This document shows positions 51,480 through 64,000 of a stretch of DNA of 64,000 bases, piece by piece. Under the pieces are notes generated by a model. It was not told where the DNA came from and searched no databases. It saw only the letters and a program-made list of their open reading frames with translations. The DNA is from Octopus vulgaris (Eukaryota). How positions within the stretch are numbered: the stretch's first letter is position 1; each line of letters starts with the position of its first letter. The translations under genes and the position numbers were made by a program. The DNA is taken from positions 47,244,001 to 47,308,000 of the forward strand of contig OX597816.1 of the NCBI GenBank assembly GCA_951406725.2, written 5' to 3'.

Positions 51480-52420
51480 CCGGTATTGGTGGTATTGGCG
51501 GTGGGGGGGGTATTGGTGGTGGGGGTGGTATTGGTGGTGGTGGGGGTGGTATTGGTGGTGGGGGTGGTATTGGTGGTGGGGGTGGTATTGGTGGTGGGGG
51601 TGGTATTGGTGGTGGTGGGGGTGGTATTGGTGGTGGGGGTGGTATTGGTGGTGGGGGTGGTATTGGTGGTGGGGGTGGTATTGGTGGTATTGGTGGTATT
51701 GGTGGTGGTATTGGTATTGGTGGTGGTGGTATTGGTATTGGTGGTGGTGGTATTGGTATTGGTGGTGGTGGTATTGGTATTGGTGGTGGTATTGGTATTG
51801 GTGGTGGTATTGGTATTGGTGGTGGTATTGGTATTGGTGGTGGTATTGGTATTGGTGGTGGTGGTATTGGTATTGGTGGTGGTGGTATTGGTATTGGTGG
51901 TGGTGGTGGTATTGGTATTGGTGGTGGTGGTGGTATTGGTATTGGTGGTGGTGGTGGTATATTGGTATTGGGTGGTGGTGGTGGTGGTGGTGGTGGTGGT
52001 GGTGGTATTGGTATTGGTGGTGGTGGTGGTATTGGTATTGGTGGTGGTGGTGGTGGTATTGGTATTGGTGGTGGTATTGGTATTGGTGGTGGTATTGGTA
52101 TTGGTGGTGGTATTGGTATTGGTGGTGGTATTGGTATTGGTGGTGGTATTGGTATTGGTGGTGGTGGTATTGGTATTGGTGGTGGTGGTATTGGTGGTGG
52201 TGGTGGTATTGGTATTGGTGGTGGTGGTGGTATTGGTATTGGTGGTTGGTGGTGGTGGTATTGTTATTGGTGGTGGTGGTGGTATTGGTATTGGTGGTGG
52301 TGGTATTGGTATTGGTGGTGGTGGTGGTATTGGTATTGGTGGTGGTGGTGGTGGTATTGGTATTGGTGGTGGTATTGGTATTGGTGGTGGTATTGGTATT
52401 GGTGGTGGGGGTTGGGGTGG
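51480..52420. repeat. ~0.9-kb (GGT)n-ATT / GGTATT G-rich low-complexity array
   Basis: Built almost entirely from ggt, ggg and att triplets. Confidence 0.95.
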
Positions 52421-52431
52421 GAGGGCGGGCG

Positions 52432-52870
52432 CACCGCGCAATGGGAGAAGATGAGATTTTTAGGCGGCAGAAAGAAAGACAGGATTTGAGATGGAATGCT
52501 TTGCGATCGTGTGCATAAGTTTCTATGAGTGGAAGTTGGGAAAAGATGGGTTAGAGAATTTAGCGACAGAAAGAAAGACCAAATTTGAGACGAGATGTTT
52601 TTGCGAAGTTTTTGTGAATGAAAGTTTATATGCTTCAGCTAGCATTTGAGACGAAAGACAACGATAACGCCAATATATGGGGAAACAATAATAATAAGAA
52701 GGCTTGATGGTGATGATGATACTTGCAAAAACAATGAAAAGAAGGAACAGGACTTAGCTGATATTTTTCATCCTGCGTATTGGCTAAGCCTGTGGAAGCG
52801 AGTGAAGGCGAGATATATATACAGAGAGAGAGAGAGACAGTGATAACAGAGGGAGAAACCGACACCACAT

Positions 52871-52939
<69 letters not shown>

Positions 52940-53415
52940 GTGATAACAGAGGGACAAAACGACACCGCGCAATGGGAGAAGATGAGATTTTTAGGCGGCA
53001 GAAAGAAAGACAGGATTTGAGATGGAATGCTTTGCGATCGTGTGCATAAGTTTCTATGAGTGGAAGTTGGGAAAAGATGGGTTAGAGAATTTAGCGACAG
53101 AAAGAATGACCAAATTTGAGACGAGATGTTTTTGCGAAGTTTTTGTGAATGAAAGTTTATATGCTTCAGCTAGCATTTGAGACGAAAGACAACGATAACG
53201 CCAATATATGGGGAAACAATAATAATAAGAAGGCTTGATGGTGATGATGATACTTGCAAAAACAATGAAAAGAAGGAACAGGACTTAGCTGATATTTTTC
53301 ATCCTGCGTATTGGCTAAGCCTGTGGAAGCGAGTGAAGGCGAGATATATATACAGAGAGAGAGAGAGACAGTGATAACAGAGGGAGAAACCGACACCACA
53401 TAGCGAGAGAGAGAG

Positions 53416-53466
<51 letters not shown>

Positions 53467-53945
53467 GTGATAACAGAGGGACAAAACGACACCGCGCAAT
53501 GGGAGAAGATGAGATTTTTAGGCGGCAGAAAGAAAGACAGGATTTGAGATGGAATGCTTTGCGATCGTGTGCATAAGTTTCTATGAGTGGAAGTTGGGAA
53601 AAGATGGGTTAGAGAATTTAGCGACAGAAAGAAAGACCAAATTTGAGACGAGATGTTTTTGCGAAGTTTTTGTGAATGAAAGTTTATATGCTTCAGCTAG
53701 CATTTGAGACGAAAGACAACGATAACGCCAATATATGGGGAAACAATAATAATAAGAAGGCTTGATGGTGATGATGATACTTGCAAAAACAATGAAAAGA
53801 AGGAACAGGACTTAGCTGATATTTTTCATCCTGCGTATTGGCTAAGCCTGTGGAAGCGAGTGAAGGCGAGATATATATACAGAGAGAGAGAGAGACAGTG
53901 ATAACAGAGGGAGAAACCGACACCACATAGCGAGAGAGAGAGAGC

Positions 53946-54007
<62 letters not shown>

Positions 54008-54484
54008 GTGATAACAGAGGGACAAAACGACACCGCGCAATGGGAGAAGATGAGATTTTTAGGCGGCAGAAAGAAAGACAGGATTTGAGATGGAATGCTT
54101 TGCGATCGTGTGCATAAGTTTCTATGAGTGGAAGTTGGGAAAAGATGGGTTAGAGAATTTAGCGACAGAAAGAAAGACCAAATTTGAGACGAGATGTTTT
54201 TGCGAAGTTTTTGTGAATGAAAGTTTATATGCTTCAGCTAGCATTTGAGACGAAAGACAACGATAACGCCAATATATGGGGAAACAATAATAATAAGAAG
54301 GCTTGATGGTGATGATGATACTTGCAAAAACAATGAAAAGAAGGAACAGGACTTAGCTGATATTTTTCATCCTGCGTATTGGCTAAGCCTGTGGAAGCGA
54401 GTGAAGGCGAGATATATATACAGAGAGAGAGAGAGACAGTGATAACAGAGGGAGAAAACCGACACCACATAGCGAGAGAGAGAG

Positions 54485-54551
<67 letters not shown>

Positions 54552-55016
54552 GTGATAACAGAGGGACAAAACGACACCGCGCAATGGGAGAAGATGAGAT
54601 TTTTAGGCGGCAGAAAGAAAGACAGGATTTGAGATGGAATGCTTTGCGATCGTGTGCATAAGTTTCTATGAGTGGAAGTTGGGAAAAGATGGGTTAGAGA
54701 ATTTAGCGACAGAAAGAAAGACCAAATTTGAGACGAGATGTTTTTGCGAAGTTTTTATGAATGAAAGTTTATATGCTTCAGCTAGCATTTGAGACGAAAG
54801 ACAACGATAACGCCAATATATGGGGAAACAATAATAATAAGAAGGCTTGATGGTGATGATGATACTTGCAAAAACAATGAAAAGAAGGAACAGGACTTAG
54901 CTGATATTTTTCATCCTGCGTATTGGCTAAGCCTGTGGAAGCGAGTGAAGGCGAGATATATATACAGAGAGAGAGAGAGACAGTGATAACAGAGGGAGAA
55001 ACCGACACCACATAGC

Positions 55017-55103
<87 letters not shown>

Positions 55104-55575
55104 GTGATAACAGAGGGACAAAACGACACCGCGCAATGGGAGAAGATGAGATTTTTAGGCGGCAGAAAGAAAGACAGGATTTGAGATGGAATGCTTTGCG
55201 ATCGTGTGCATAAGTTTCTATGAGTGGAAGTTGGGAAAAGATGGGTTAGAGAATTTAGCGACAGAAAGAAAGACCAAATTTGAGACGAGATGTTTTTGCG
55301 AAGTTTTTATGAATGAAAGTTTATATGCTTCAGCTAGCATTTGAGACGAAAGACAACGATAACGCCAATATATGGGGAAACAATAATAATAAGAAGGCTT
55401 GATGGTGATGATGATACTTGCAAAAACAATGAAAAGAAGGAACAGGACTTAGCTGATATTTTTCATCCTGCGTATTGGCTAAGCCTGTGGAAGCGAGTGA
55501 AGGCGAGATATATATACAGAGAGAGAGAGAGACAGTGATAACAGAGGGAGAAACCGACACCACATAGCGAGAGAG

Positions 55576-55618
<43 letters not shown>

Positions 55619-56007
55619 GTGATAACAGAGGGACAAAACGACACCGCGCAATGGGAGAAGATGAGATTTTTAGGTGGCAGAAAGAAAGACAGGATTTGAG
55701 ATGGAATGCTTTGCGATCGTGTGCATAAGTTTCTATGAGTGGAAGTTGGGAAAAGATGGGTTAGAGAATTTAGCGACAGAAAGAAAGACCAAATTTGAGA
55801 CGAGATGTTTTTGCGAAGTTTTTGTGAATGAAAGTTTATATGCTTCAGCTAGCATTTGAGACGAAAGACAACGATAACGCCAATATATGGGGAAACAATA
55901 ATAATAAGAAGGCTTGATGGTGATGATGATACTTGCAAAAACAATGAAAAGAAGGAACAGGACTTAGCTGATATTTTTCATCCTGCGTATTGGCTAAGCC
56001 TGTGGAA
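52432..56007. repeat. Near-identical tandem array, 515-552-bp unit, 6 full copies plus 1 partial
   Basis: Units start caccgcgcaatgggagaag at 52432, 52963, 53490, 54031, 54575, 55127 and 55642. Length differences lie almost wholly in the internal (GA)n. Confidence 0.97.
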
Positions 56008-56229
56008 ATGTGTACGTGCCTGTGTCTGATATATATATGTTTTTTTTTACCAAAATGGAGGCGAACACCTTTCTCCATCTGATTGGCTTGAATAATTATT
56101 AAGACACTAGAATACTTGGGTATTAATAATTGGGTACACTACCAGCAGTATATTGGATAGGTACTATCCCTTCGCTGGTTGGCTTCCCAACCTCTAACTC
56201 TCACGGAAATGTATATATATATATATATG

Positions 56230-56625
56230 CACAGGCATGACTGTGTAATTTCAGGTTCAGTCCCACTGTGTGGCACATTGAATAAATGTCTTCTACTGTT
56301 GCTCTGAGCCAGAAAAAGCCTTGCGTGTAGATTTAGTAGACGGAAACTGGAAGCATTCTGTCGTAAATATCCATATATGTGTGTGTGTGTTTGTGTCTTC
56401 TTTTCTTGACACCCCGTGTTAGTTGTTTGTGAGCATTACCGTTGTACATGTGGTGTAGTTTATTTCCAATATTCTGGTAAAACATGTCTGGGACTAGTGG
56501 GGAAATATCACCTTGCTTGGAAGCAGGTGAAGGATGGTCACAGAAAGAGCATCTGGTTGTAGTGTAGAAAATCTACCTCAACAAAGTCCATCTAACCCAT
56601 GCTAGCTCAGAAAAATGAATGCTAA
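56230..56625 (+). mobile_element. Old SINE (CORE-type head with an RTE-like tail)
   Basis: ggttcagtcccactgtgtggcac head; aacccatgctagc tail. Confidence 0.6.
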
Positions 56626-58857
56626 AATAAGCACAAAAAACATATGGATTTGTGTAGGTTTGGAACAATTCTATCAAACATGGTGTGTTAAAGACATGAC
56701 CATGTTCAAGTTTGATCTTTTTTATTAAGAATTTTGCATATTTTGTTGTTAGTCCTTTGCATCAAGTTCAGAACATTAGCAATTCTAAATCCGCTAATCC
56801 ATTAATGTTTTGAAGCTATCTCAGTTTCATTCTCAGAATGAAATGAATGAATATGGAATGACATGTTTTCATGTGCTTTGTGTTATAGGTTGCATATGCT
56901 CTTGGGAGTTCTAGTGATTTTTGTTTCATGTTATGGAACAAAAAAAAAAAAAAAATGAAGGGGAAAAAGAATGCTCAATACATGTTATAGAGTTTTATTC
57001 TATTTTTTGTAAAATGGAAAAATTTGCTAAATATTTCTCTGAGTTTCACATTTTTGATTTTTGGGTAGCAATGAAAATAACTGTAAAAAAAACACAAAAA
57101 AACAAAAACAAAATAAAGCGAGTACAACCCGTGTATATAGCTATATAGCTTCTTCTGTAAAAAAAAAATCCCCAAACTTAGCAAGAACCCCAAAAAAAAC
57201 CGCTATAAATAAAGCATAGAAATATTTAAATATCATGCCGGGTTCTAATTGGATGCTCGAAGAAACCGTTATATTTTTTGTATTTTATGAATGACCATTT
57301 GGGTGAATAATACATTTTTACTTTGATAAAAAAAATTATTTGTAATAAATACATGTGACAAAAGCTTATAAATTAAAAAAAATATATATGTCAAAAAACA
57401 TATAAAAATTATATAAAGCATAGATTTACAAAATCATAAAAATATGTCTTCTTGTTCTTCATATTTTTGCTTTGACTCTTTTCTATGCACACACACACAT
57501 ACATTCGCAAGCACGTACATATAAGCATGCACATATAAATGCCCATACATATAAACACACATGGATATAAATACACATACATATAAACACACACGGATTT
57601 AGACACATACATACAGAGACTTACATATGGACATCTATACACCTGCATGCATTCTCTTCCATAGACGTATGCTCAATGGATAACTAAAACCCATTCGAAT
57701 GTAAGACTGATAGTATGAGGCATATTAAAAATTAAAAAAAAAAGCATGAAAGAATGATATAAGTTACATTAAGGCGATAATGCAATGAACTGAGCTGCAT
57801 GGGCAATGAATAAAGGATCTTAAAAGGTGGTATAGATGATAAAAAATCCTATATAGATAATAAAGAAGGTGATACAGTTGATAAAAAATTCTGTATCTGA
57901 TGAAAAATTATATGTAAAATGTATGATAGAAATATATAAATTTATGAATTTATAAAAAAAAAATATATAGAAATATACATTCATAAACATATAAAACATA
58001 AAATTTTAAGAAAAATGATAAAAGAAATCAAATCTCATTTTTAAAAATGGATTGCAAACAAAATGGTGGATTAAAAGGCTGCTGTTAAAATAAAGCAATA
58101 TGGATTAAAAATGAATTAAAAATGAGTGAAATGGGTGCATGCATGGGTATTCCTGTGAGTGTAAGCTTATATGCATGTGTATATTTGTGTATGTGTGAAT
58201 GTACAGATAAATACATGTGTATATATCTATATGTGCTTGTGTGGGTTTCATATAATAATGCTGGCACCAATATGTTATCTGGAAATAATGATTCATTGCA
58301 ATATAAGTCCAATACTGCTACATCTATTTTTTAACTTTTCATCCAAAATTCTTCATGACTTAGTAAACACAATCTTTTTTATCTTACAATACTTTATCTT
58401 TCCACTCTCTGTAGTCCAGTTAGTCAGTTAGTTTGTGTTTCCTTTCTATCTCCATATCCTTTTGCTTCTCATTTCATTTCATAATTTTTTAAAATATTTT
58501 TGTTACACAAATTAAAGTAAAGGAAAAAGAATGAAAGAGAAGAGTTAATACAGAATTGATTTGGTAGCTAGAACAGTACTAAGTAAAGCAATGGGGTGTT
58601 GCTTGGATAGATTTGGAAAGCAATGGAAACTGATGAGAACTTCACAGATTGTTAGTAAAAATATCAGTAAAGTATTACTGTATTTTCATCTAGCCAAAAG
58701 CAAAATGTGATATCATGTATGAAGGCAGTTTATATTGAACCAAAAGGTATTTTGGTGTTTACTTATAAGAATTTAATAGACTTAACCATTGAGGTTGTGT
58801 TGCAACATGAATATTTTCTCAGTTAGGCATAACTGATAAAAGAGCTTAGAAATGAAG

Positions 58858-58859
<2 letters not shown>

Positions 58860-58889
<30 letters not shown>

Positions 58890-59935
58890 TACAACCACCA
58901 CCATCATCATCGTTTAATGTCCACTTTCCATGCTGGCATGGGTTGGACAGTTTGACTGAGGACTGGTGAGCCAGAGGCTGCACCAGGCTCAATCTGATCT
59001 GGTGAAGTTTCTACAGCTGGATGTCCTCCCTAACACCAACCACTCTGAGAGTGTAGTGGGAGCTTTTTACATGCCACTGGCACGAGGGCCAGTCAGGTGG
59101 TTCTGGCAACGACCATGCTCAAAAGGTATATTTACGTGCTACTTGCACAGGAGTCAGTCCAGTGGCACTAGCAATGACCATGCTTGAATGTTGTTTTTCA
59201 TGTGCTACCGGCACGTGCCGGTAAGGCGATGCTGGTAATAATCTTGCTTGAATGGTGCTTTTCATGTGTCACTGGCACTGGAGCCAATTTATGGCCCTGG
59301 CAACGATCATGCTCGGATATGCTTCTAACATTCCACTGGCATAAGTGCAATCAAGCGGTACAGTCATTGGTCACGTCAGCGATTTTGATTTGTTTACACT
59401 TGCCTTAATAGGTCTTCGCAAGCAAAGTTCATTACCCAATGAATGAAGGGTACTCATAAGTGGGCCAGTTACACCCCACGTTCGGATGTGCTTTTAATGT
59501 CCCACTGGCATGAGTGCCAATCAGGTGGTACTGTCATTGGCCACGTCAGCAATTTTGATTTTGATTTTGATTTCACTTGCCTCAATAGGTCTTCACAAGC
59601 AAAGTTTATTGTCCAATGAATGAAGAGTATTCATAAATGGGCTGGTTACACCCACTGGCATAGGCCATGGGCAATGTTCTCACTTGGCTTGTTGGGTCTT
59701 CACAAGCACAGAATATCTCTAAAGGTCCTAGTCACAAGTCATTGCTTCAGTAAGGCTCACTGTTCAAAGATCGTGCTTCACCACCTCATCCCAGGTTTTC
59801 CTGGGTCTACCTCTTCCACAGGTTCCCTCAACTGCTAGGGTGCAACACTTTTTCACACAGCTGTCCTCATTCATTTGCAACACGTGACCATAACAGCACA
59901 GTCATCTCTCTTGCACACCACATCTGATGCTTCTT
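58860..59935 (-). mobile_element. RTE LINE 3' end (tail, 3' UTR with internal duplication, ORF C-terminus)
   Basis: (CAT)n and ccatgctggcatgg; 59700-59935 is the reverse complement of the RTE C-terminal region (cttcaccacctcatccca, ctcttccacaggttccctc). Confidence 0.85.
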
Positions 59936-60843
59936 AAGATCTGTGACAATATATCTGTGCATACAATGGGATGGTCAAAGTAATTCTGAACTTATGATTA
60001 GTCGCTTCTCTTTAATTAGCCATCTATAATTTGCTAAAATTTGCTCTGCTTTCATCCCTCTCTCAACTTCATCTTTTGTCTTGTCTATCTTTCCTCTTCC
60101 CTCTCTTAGCTGCTATCCCACTTCTAACAAAGAGATCCAATTAACAGCTGATCTAAAGACCACCAAATGAGTATGTATATAAAGTAAGTCACACACAAAC
60201 ACACACACACACACACATGACTGCAATTTTGCTCAGATTGATGGGTCTTCTTCTCAAGCACGACTTAATGTCAAAGGTCACAGTCATTGCCTCTGTGAGG
60301 CCCAACACTTGAAAGGAACTCAGCCACTTTGCCTCTGTGAGGCCTAGTGTATATATATATATATATACATAATAAAAAGGAAAAAAAAAATTGTGCAAAA
60401 TCTGTTTCAGCAGCCTTTTTATTGATGAATATTTTGCTTACCTTGATTGCATCATGCAAAAAATTCTGCCCTCATGAGGTGATTTTAAACAATTCAATTT
60501 ATAGGTATGTAGAGAATTTGAATTGATGAATTTTCTAAGTGTTTAGCAAGGCAAGTGAATTTGCTTATGGAAAAGTTGAATTTAAGGGGATGTCAGTAAC
60601 ACCCTAAGGGCAGAGATCAGAAACTATAAAATTTCAGAGATCATTACCATAATTATTTATGGATCCAGTGGAAACCATAGTAGGCATTCTATAAGAACAG
60701 ATGAAAAGGAAACTGAGAAAGAAAGAGGGACTTAGATGAAGAATTATTTTCACAAACGTACCACAGATAGTCAAAGTTTGTACTGACATCATATATCCTG
60801 TATCCATTTAAATGCTTTACTACAATTAATGTGTAGGTTATCA

Positions 60844-60844
<1 letters not shown>

Positions 60845-60909
<65 letters not shown>

Positions 60910-61170
60910 CACACACACGCATGCACACACAGACATACACACATACACACACATACACACACATATACACACACATGTGTACCAGTTTAACAATGTGTTA
61001 ACTTATGCATGCACATACAAAAAAATTATACATCTAAAAAGCGCTTATGTGCATACATACACATACATACATATATGTACTTATATACCCATGCATATAC
61101 ATACATATACATACTTATGCACATACAAACACACATATCATATATACACATATGTGCATGCACATACATA
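60845..61170. repeat. (CA)n and compound CA/TA microsatellite
   Basis: Direct reading. Confidence 0.9.
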
Positions 61171-61245
61171 TATAGTTAATGCATAACAAGATAACATATA
61201 AAACTTATAAAGCATGTACCTTTTAAGAGATATACATATATACAT

Positions 61246-61762
61246 TACATGGAAAAATGCGAGCATGAAAAGTCATATTCTTAAGATTATAAACCTGGAA
61301 AAGTACAGGACAAGTTATTACACCTGTAAAAGTACAGGACAAGCTATTACTTCTTGTAATGTAAAGAATAAGAAGCTTTTTACTTAAAATATTGCAGCAA
61401 AGAATGCCAGTTCTTCTAATTTATCACTCTTTACAGTTCTCCTCTTTTAAATTTATTGTACAAAACTGTTCGGCTAATTTGTAAGTTTGTCTAATTAGTC
61501 ACTTTTATCTGTATTTAAGGTAGTAAATTAGCCAAATTCTACTTAAATAAGTATAGTGTTATTTGTAAACTATAATAAAATAAGTTTTAATATGAGAATT
61601 TAAATTTTAGCTGCAATATTTTAAGTAAAAAGTTTCTTATTCTTTACTTTACTAGAAGTAACAGCTTGTCCTATACTTTTACAGGTGTTATAACTTGTCC
61701 TGTACTTTTCCAGGTTTATAATCTTAAGAATATGACTTTTCATGCTCGCATTTTTCCATGTA
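61246..61762. mobile_element. MITE/foldback-like element with ~150-bp TIRs, copy 2 of the 2411-3277 family
   Basis: tacatggaaaaatgcgagcatgaaaagtcatattcttaagattataaacctgg ... ccaggtttataatcttaagaatatgacttttcatgctcgcatttttccatgta. Confidence 0.9.
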
Positions 61763-62597
61763 CTCCATGATTTTTATCCAGGCATTGCTGTTATAAGATA
61801 ACATGTCAATTAATAATTTAAGATTTTACCTTATAAAATACTGAAAGATAATATTTTAATTTTTCCACGTAAGTGATGATAATATTTCAATTTTTTCGTG
61901 TTTAAGTTAAATATATGTTGTGATTGAATTATTTGATATTACCCATCCACACCAAATTAATGGCAGGGAGTTTTACCATATTGTTGGTTGCACCATGGCT
62001 CACCAAAAGTTACAAACAACAAGACCCCAAAACCATCACCTTATGTAACCTAATTTTACAATATTAGGAGGTTACAGGAATTCTTTCAATGAAAAAAATT
62101 TCCAATGATTCCCCCCACCTCATTTTTTCCAAATCAAAATAAGGGATTTGCAGCATATTAGGAGGTCAGGGTGCTTGATTCCATGCAAAAAATCAAAGTT
62201 TTTTTTAGTAAAAGACGTGCGGGTGTTAATATAGAAATTGACCATAATGTTGTTGTTATTTAGTCTCAAATAAACCCTGATACTGTAAATGTATCATCAA
62301 AGACATTCCAGCCTTTAGCAAACCGTCTTTTTAGGGATAATCTAGGACATTACATACAATGGGTGTATGATTTAGGTAGGGGGATACTTTGGCTGCTATT
62401 TTTAGCATGTCGAGCAACCAGGTAGAGGCCTTTTCATTGGTTCGATTGAATGATGAGATTTTTTTACACATATTTGTAATATGTATATATATCATCAGCA
62501 GAAGTTAAAGAGTAAGTCAAAAAAGAGAGTTTCATGTATTGGCACTTATCAAACATGAATTTGTCCATTGTCACTCTGTAACTTCTGAAGAAATAAC

Positions 62598-63020
62598 TTC
62601 TAAAATACAAAATTTTGTCAGAAACGTTAAGAGTTCTATATGACACATTCTACTAGTATCGGAAGTTTGAAAGTATTTAGTTAAAAAAAATTAAATAATC
62701 TGTACATCTAATTGAATAGCCCTGAAAAGGATGAAAGGCAAATTTGACCTCAGTGGAATTTGAACTCAGAACATAAAGACAGACGAAATACTGCTTCTAA
62801 AATGGAAACTTTTGTCAAAAACGTTAATAATAAATCCTGTTCTATGTGACATATTCCACTAATATTGGAAGTTTGAAAGTGTTTAGTTAAAAAAAATTAA
62901 TTAAATAATCTGTACGTCAAAGTCGACCTTGGTGAAATTTGAACTCCAAAAACATAAAGACAGACGAAATACCATTAAGTATATCACCCAGCACACTACC
63001 GTTTCTGCCAGCTCACAACC
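62598..63020. repeat. ~200-bp tandem duplication including Meta-like SINE fragments
   Basis: ttctaaaat..ttttgtca..aacgttaa..ggaagtttgaaagt..ttaaataatctgtac..gaatttgaactc occurs twice. Confidence 0.75.
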
Positions 63021-63049
63021 TTAGAAAGCAAGCATTCATTTTAGAAATA

Positions 63050-63759
63050 TATTCTTCTTTCAAGGTCTTCTTTCAAGGCAGAGAAATTACCTGCTTCTCA
63101 ATAATATCATTACAGGTTATGAAAAATGGGTCTTTTATGACAATGTTCAATACAAAAGGTAATGGATTGACAAGGATAAATCTCCACAACCTACCTCAAA
63201 GGCTGAGCTCTGTTGATGGAAGGTTATGTTGTGTGTATGGTGGTATCACATCAGTATTATTCATTTTGAGTTTTGAGACTGTAATCAAACACTAAATGTT
63301 GACTTATACTCTCAACAACTGCAATGCGTGCATAAAGATCTTAAGAAAATGTTCAGCACTTGCTAATAGGAGAAATGTGCTTCTTCACGATGACACAAGA
63401 CCACATTCAGCAAAAATCATGCAGGATAAAATATTGGATTTAGGTTGTACTGTTCTACCCCATCCACCATATTCACCAGACCTTGCATCACTGATTTTCA
63501 TATTTTTTACTCTCTACAAAATGCTATGATGGGGAAAAAATTTCCTCAAGAAGATCAGGTGAAAATGTATGTGGAAAACGTCTTCATTTCGAAGCCAGGT
63601 GAATTTTACTCAAGAGGAATCAAAAAGCTACATATATGCACATAAAGTAATTCAAGATAATGGCAAATATAATTATAATTGAAAAGAATTCTTTGTAAAA
63701 TTTTTTCATGAGTAAAGGTGTTAAACAAAATCGGAAATTATCTATGACTCAACCTAGTA
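63050..63759 (+). mobile_element. Mariner transposase 3' relic with terminal TIR
   Basis: NIITGYEKWVFYDNV, KVMLCVWW, LLHDDTRPH, LPHPPYSPDLAS and FYSRGIKKL; end cggaaattatctatgactcaacctagta. Confidence 0.9.
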
Positions 63760-63765
63760 TATACA

Positions 63766-63925
63766 TGTCGGGCTTCTTTCAGTTTCCATCTATCAAATCT
63801 ACTCACAAGGCTTTGGTCAACCAGAGGTCATAGTAAAAGACACTCGCCCAAGGTGCCATGCAGTGGGACTGAACCTAGAACCATGTTGTTGGGAAAGCAA
63901 GCTTCTTACCACACAGCCATCATGA
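63766..63925 (-). mobile_element. CORE-type SINE head and core
   Basis: gggcttctttcagtttcc..cccaaggtgccatgcagtgggactgaac..gcttcttaccacacagcc. Confidence 0.85.
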
Positions 63926-64000
63926 CTATACCTATATATACATATATACATAATATATATATAATTTTCTATTATACATATATATATAGTTTGTTTCCAC

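Noticed and set aside
51323-52518. Four 320-370-aa ORFs (Thr/Asn/Pro-, Gly/Ile-, Trp/Tyr- and Val-rich) resembling mucin or glycine-rich structural proteins
   Set aside because: They are open in several frames on both strands only because the GGT/ATT repeat lacks stops, and phase slips switch composition mid-ORF.
52590-52650. Hammerhead in the 530-bp tandem unit (minus CTGAAGC...)
   Set aside because: The core is non-canonical, and there is no GAAA/stem arrangement to support a retrozyme call.
52646-55538. Repeated identical 65-aa ORF (MRRKTTITPIYGE...) as a tandem gene cluster
   Set aside because: Non-ATG start, no recognisable domain, and it ends in (GA)n. The identity reflects recent DNA duplication.

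Overview
AT-rich, repeat-saturated eukaryotic DNA with no convincing host-gene exon, so it is intronic or intergenic. The repeat repertoire suggests a coleoid cephalopod, probably Octopus; this is inference from recalled repeat families, not a search. Contents: (1) one young, 5'-truncated RTE-clade LINE with a single frameshift, a PHD-type zinc finger inside its RT and a ~60-bp tandem array in its 3' UTR, plus many RTE 3' tails; (2) a decayed Ty3/Gypsy element; (3) several Tc1/mariner, pogo-, hAT- and piggyBac-like DNA transposon relics; (4) at least four tRNA-derived SINE types, often nested; (5) Penelope-like element (PLE) relics; (6) abundant microsatellites; (7) a near-identical ~530-bp x 6.7 tandem array next to a 0.9-kb GGT/GGTATT tract. 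The most notable unannotated signal is a set of at least five hammerhead-ribozyme motifs, plus several degenerate ones. Most have palindromic or very short stem III and sit in short, unrelated pLTR-like modules in or beside TA/TACA microsatellites, and similar modules form fold-back inversions. Many long inverted repeats are also present and are potential dsRNA/ADAR substrates. Nearly all ORFs in the supplied track are microsatellite or transposon artefacts.
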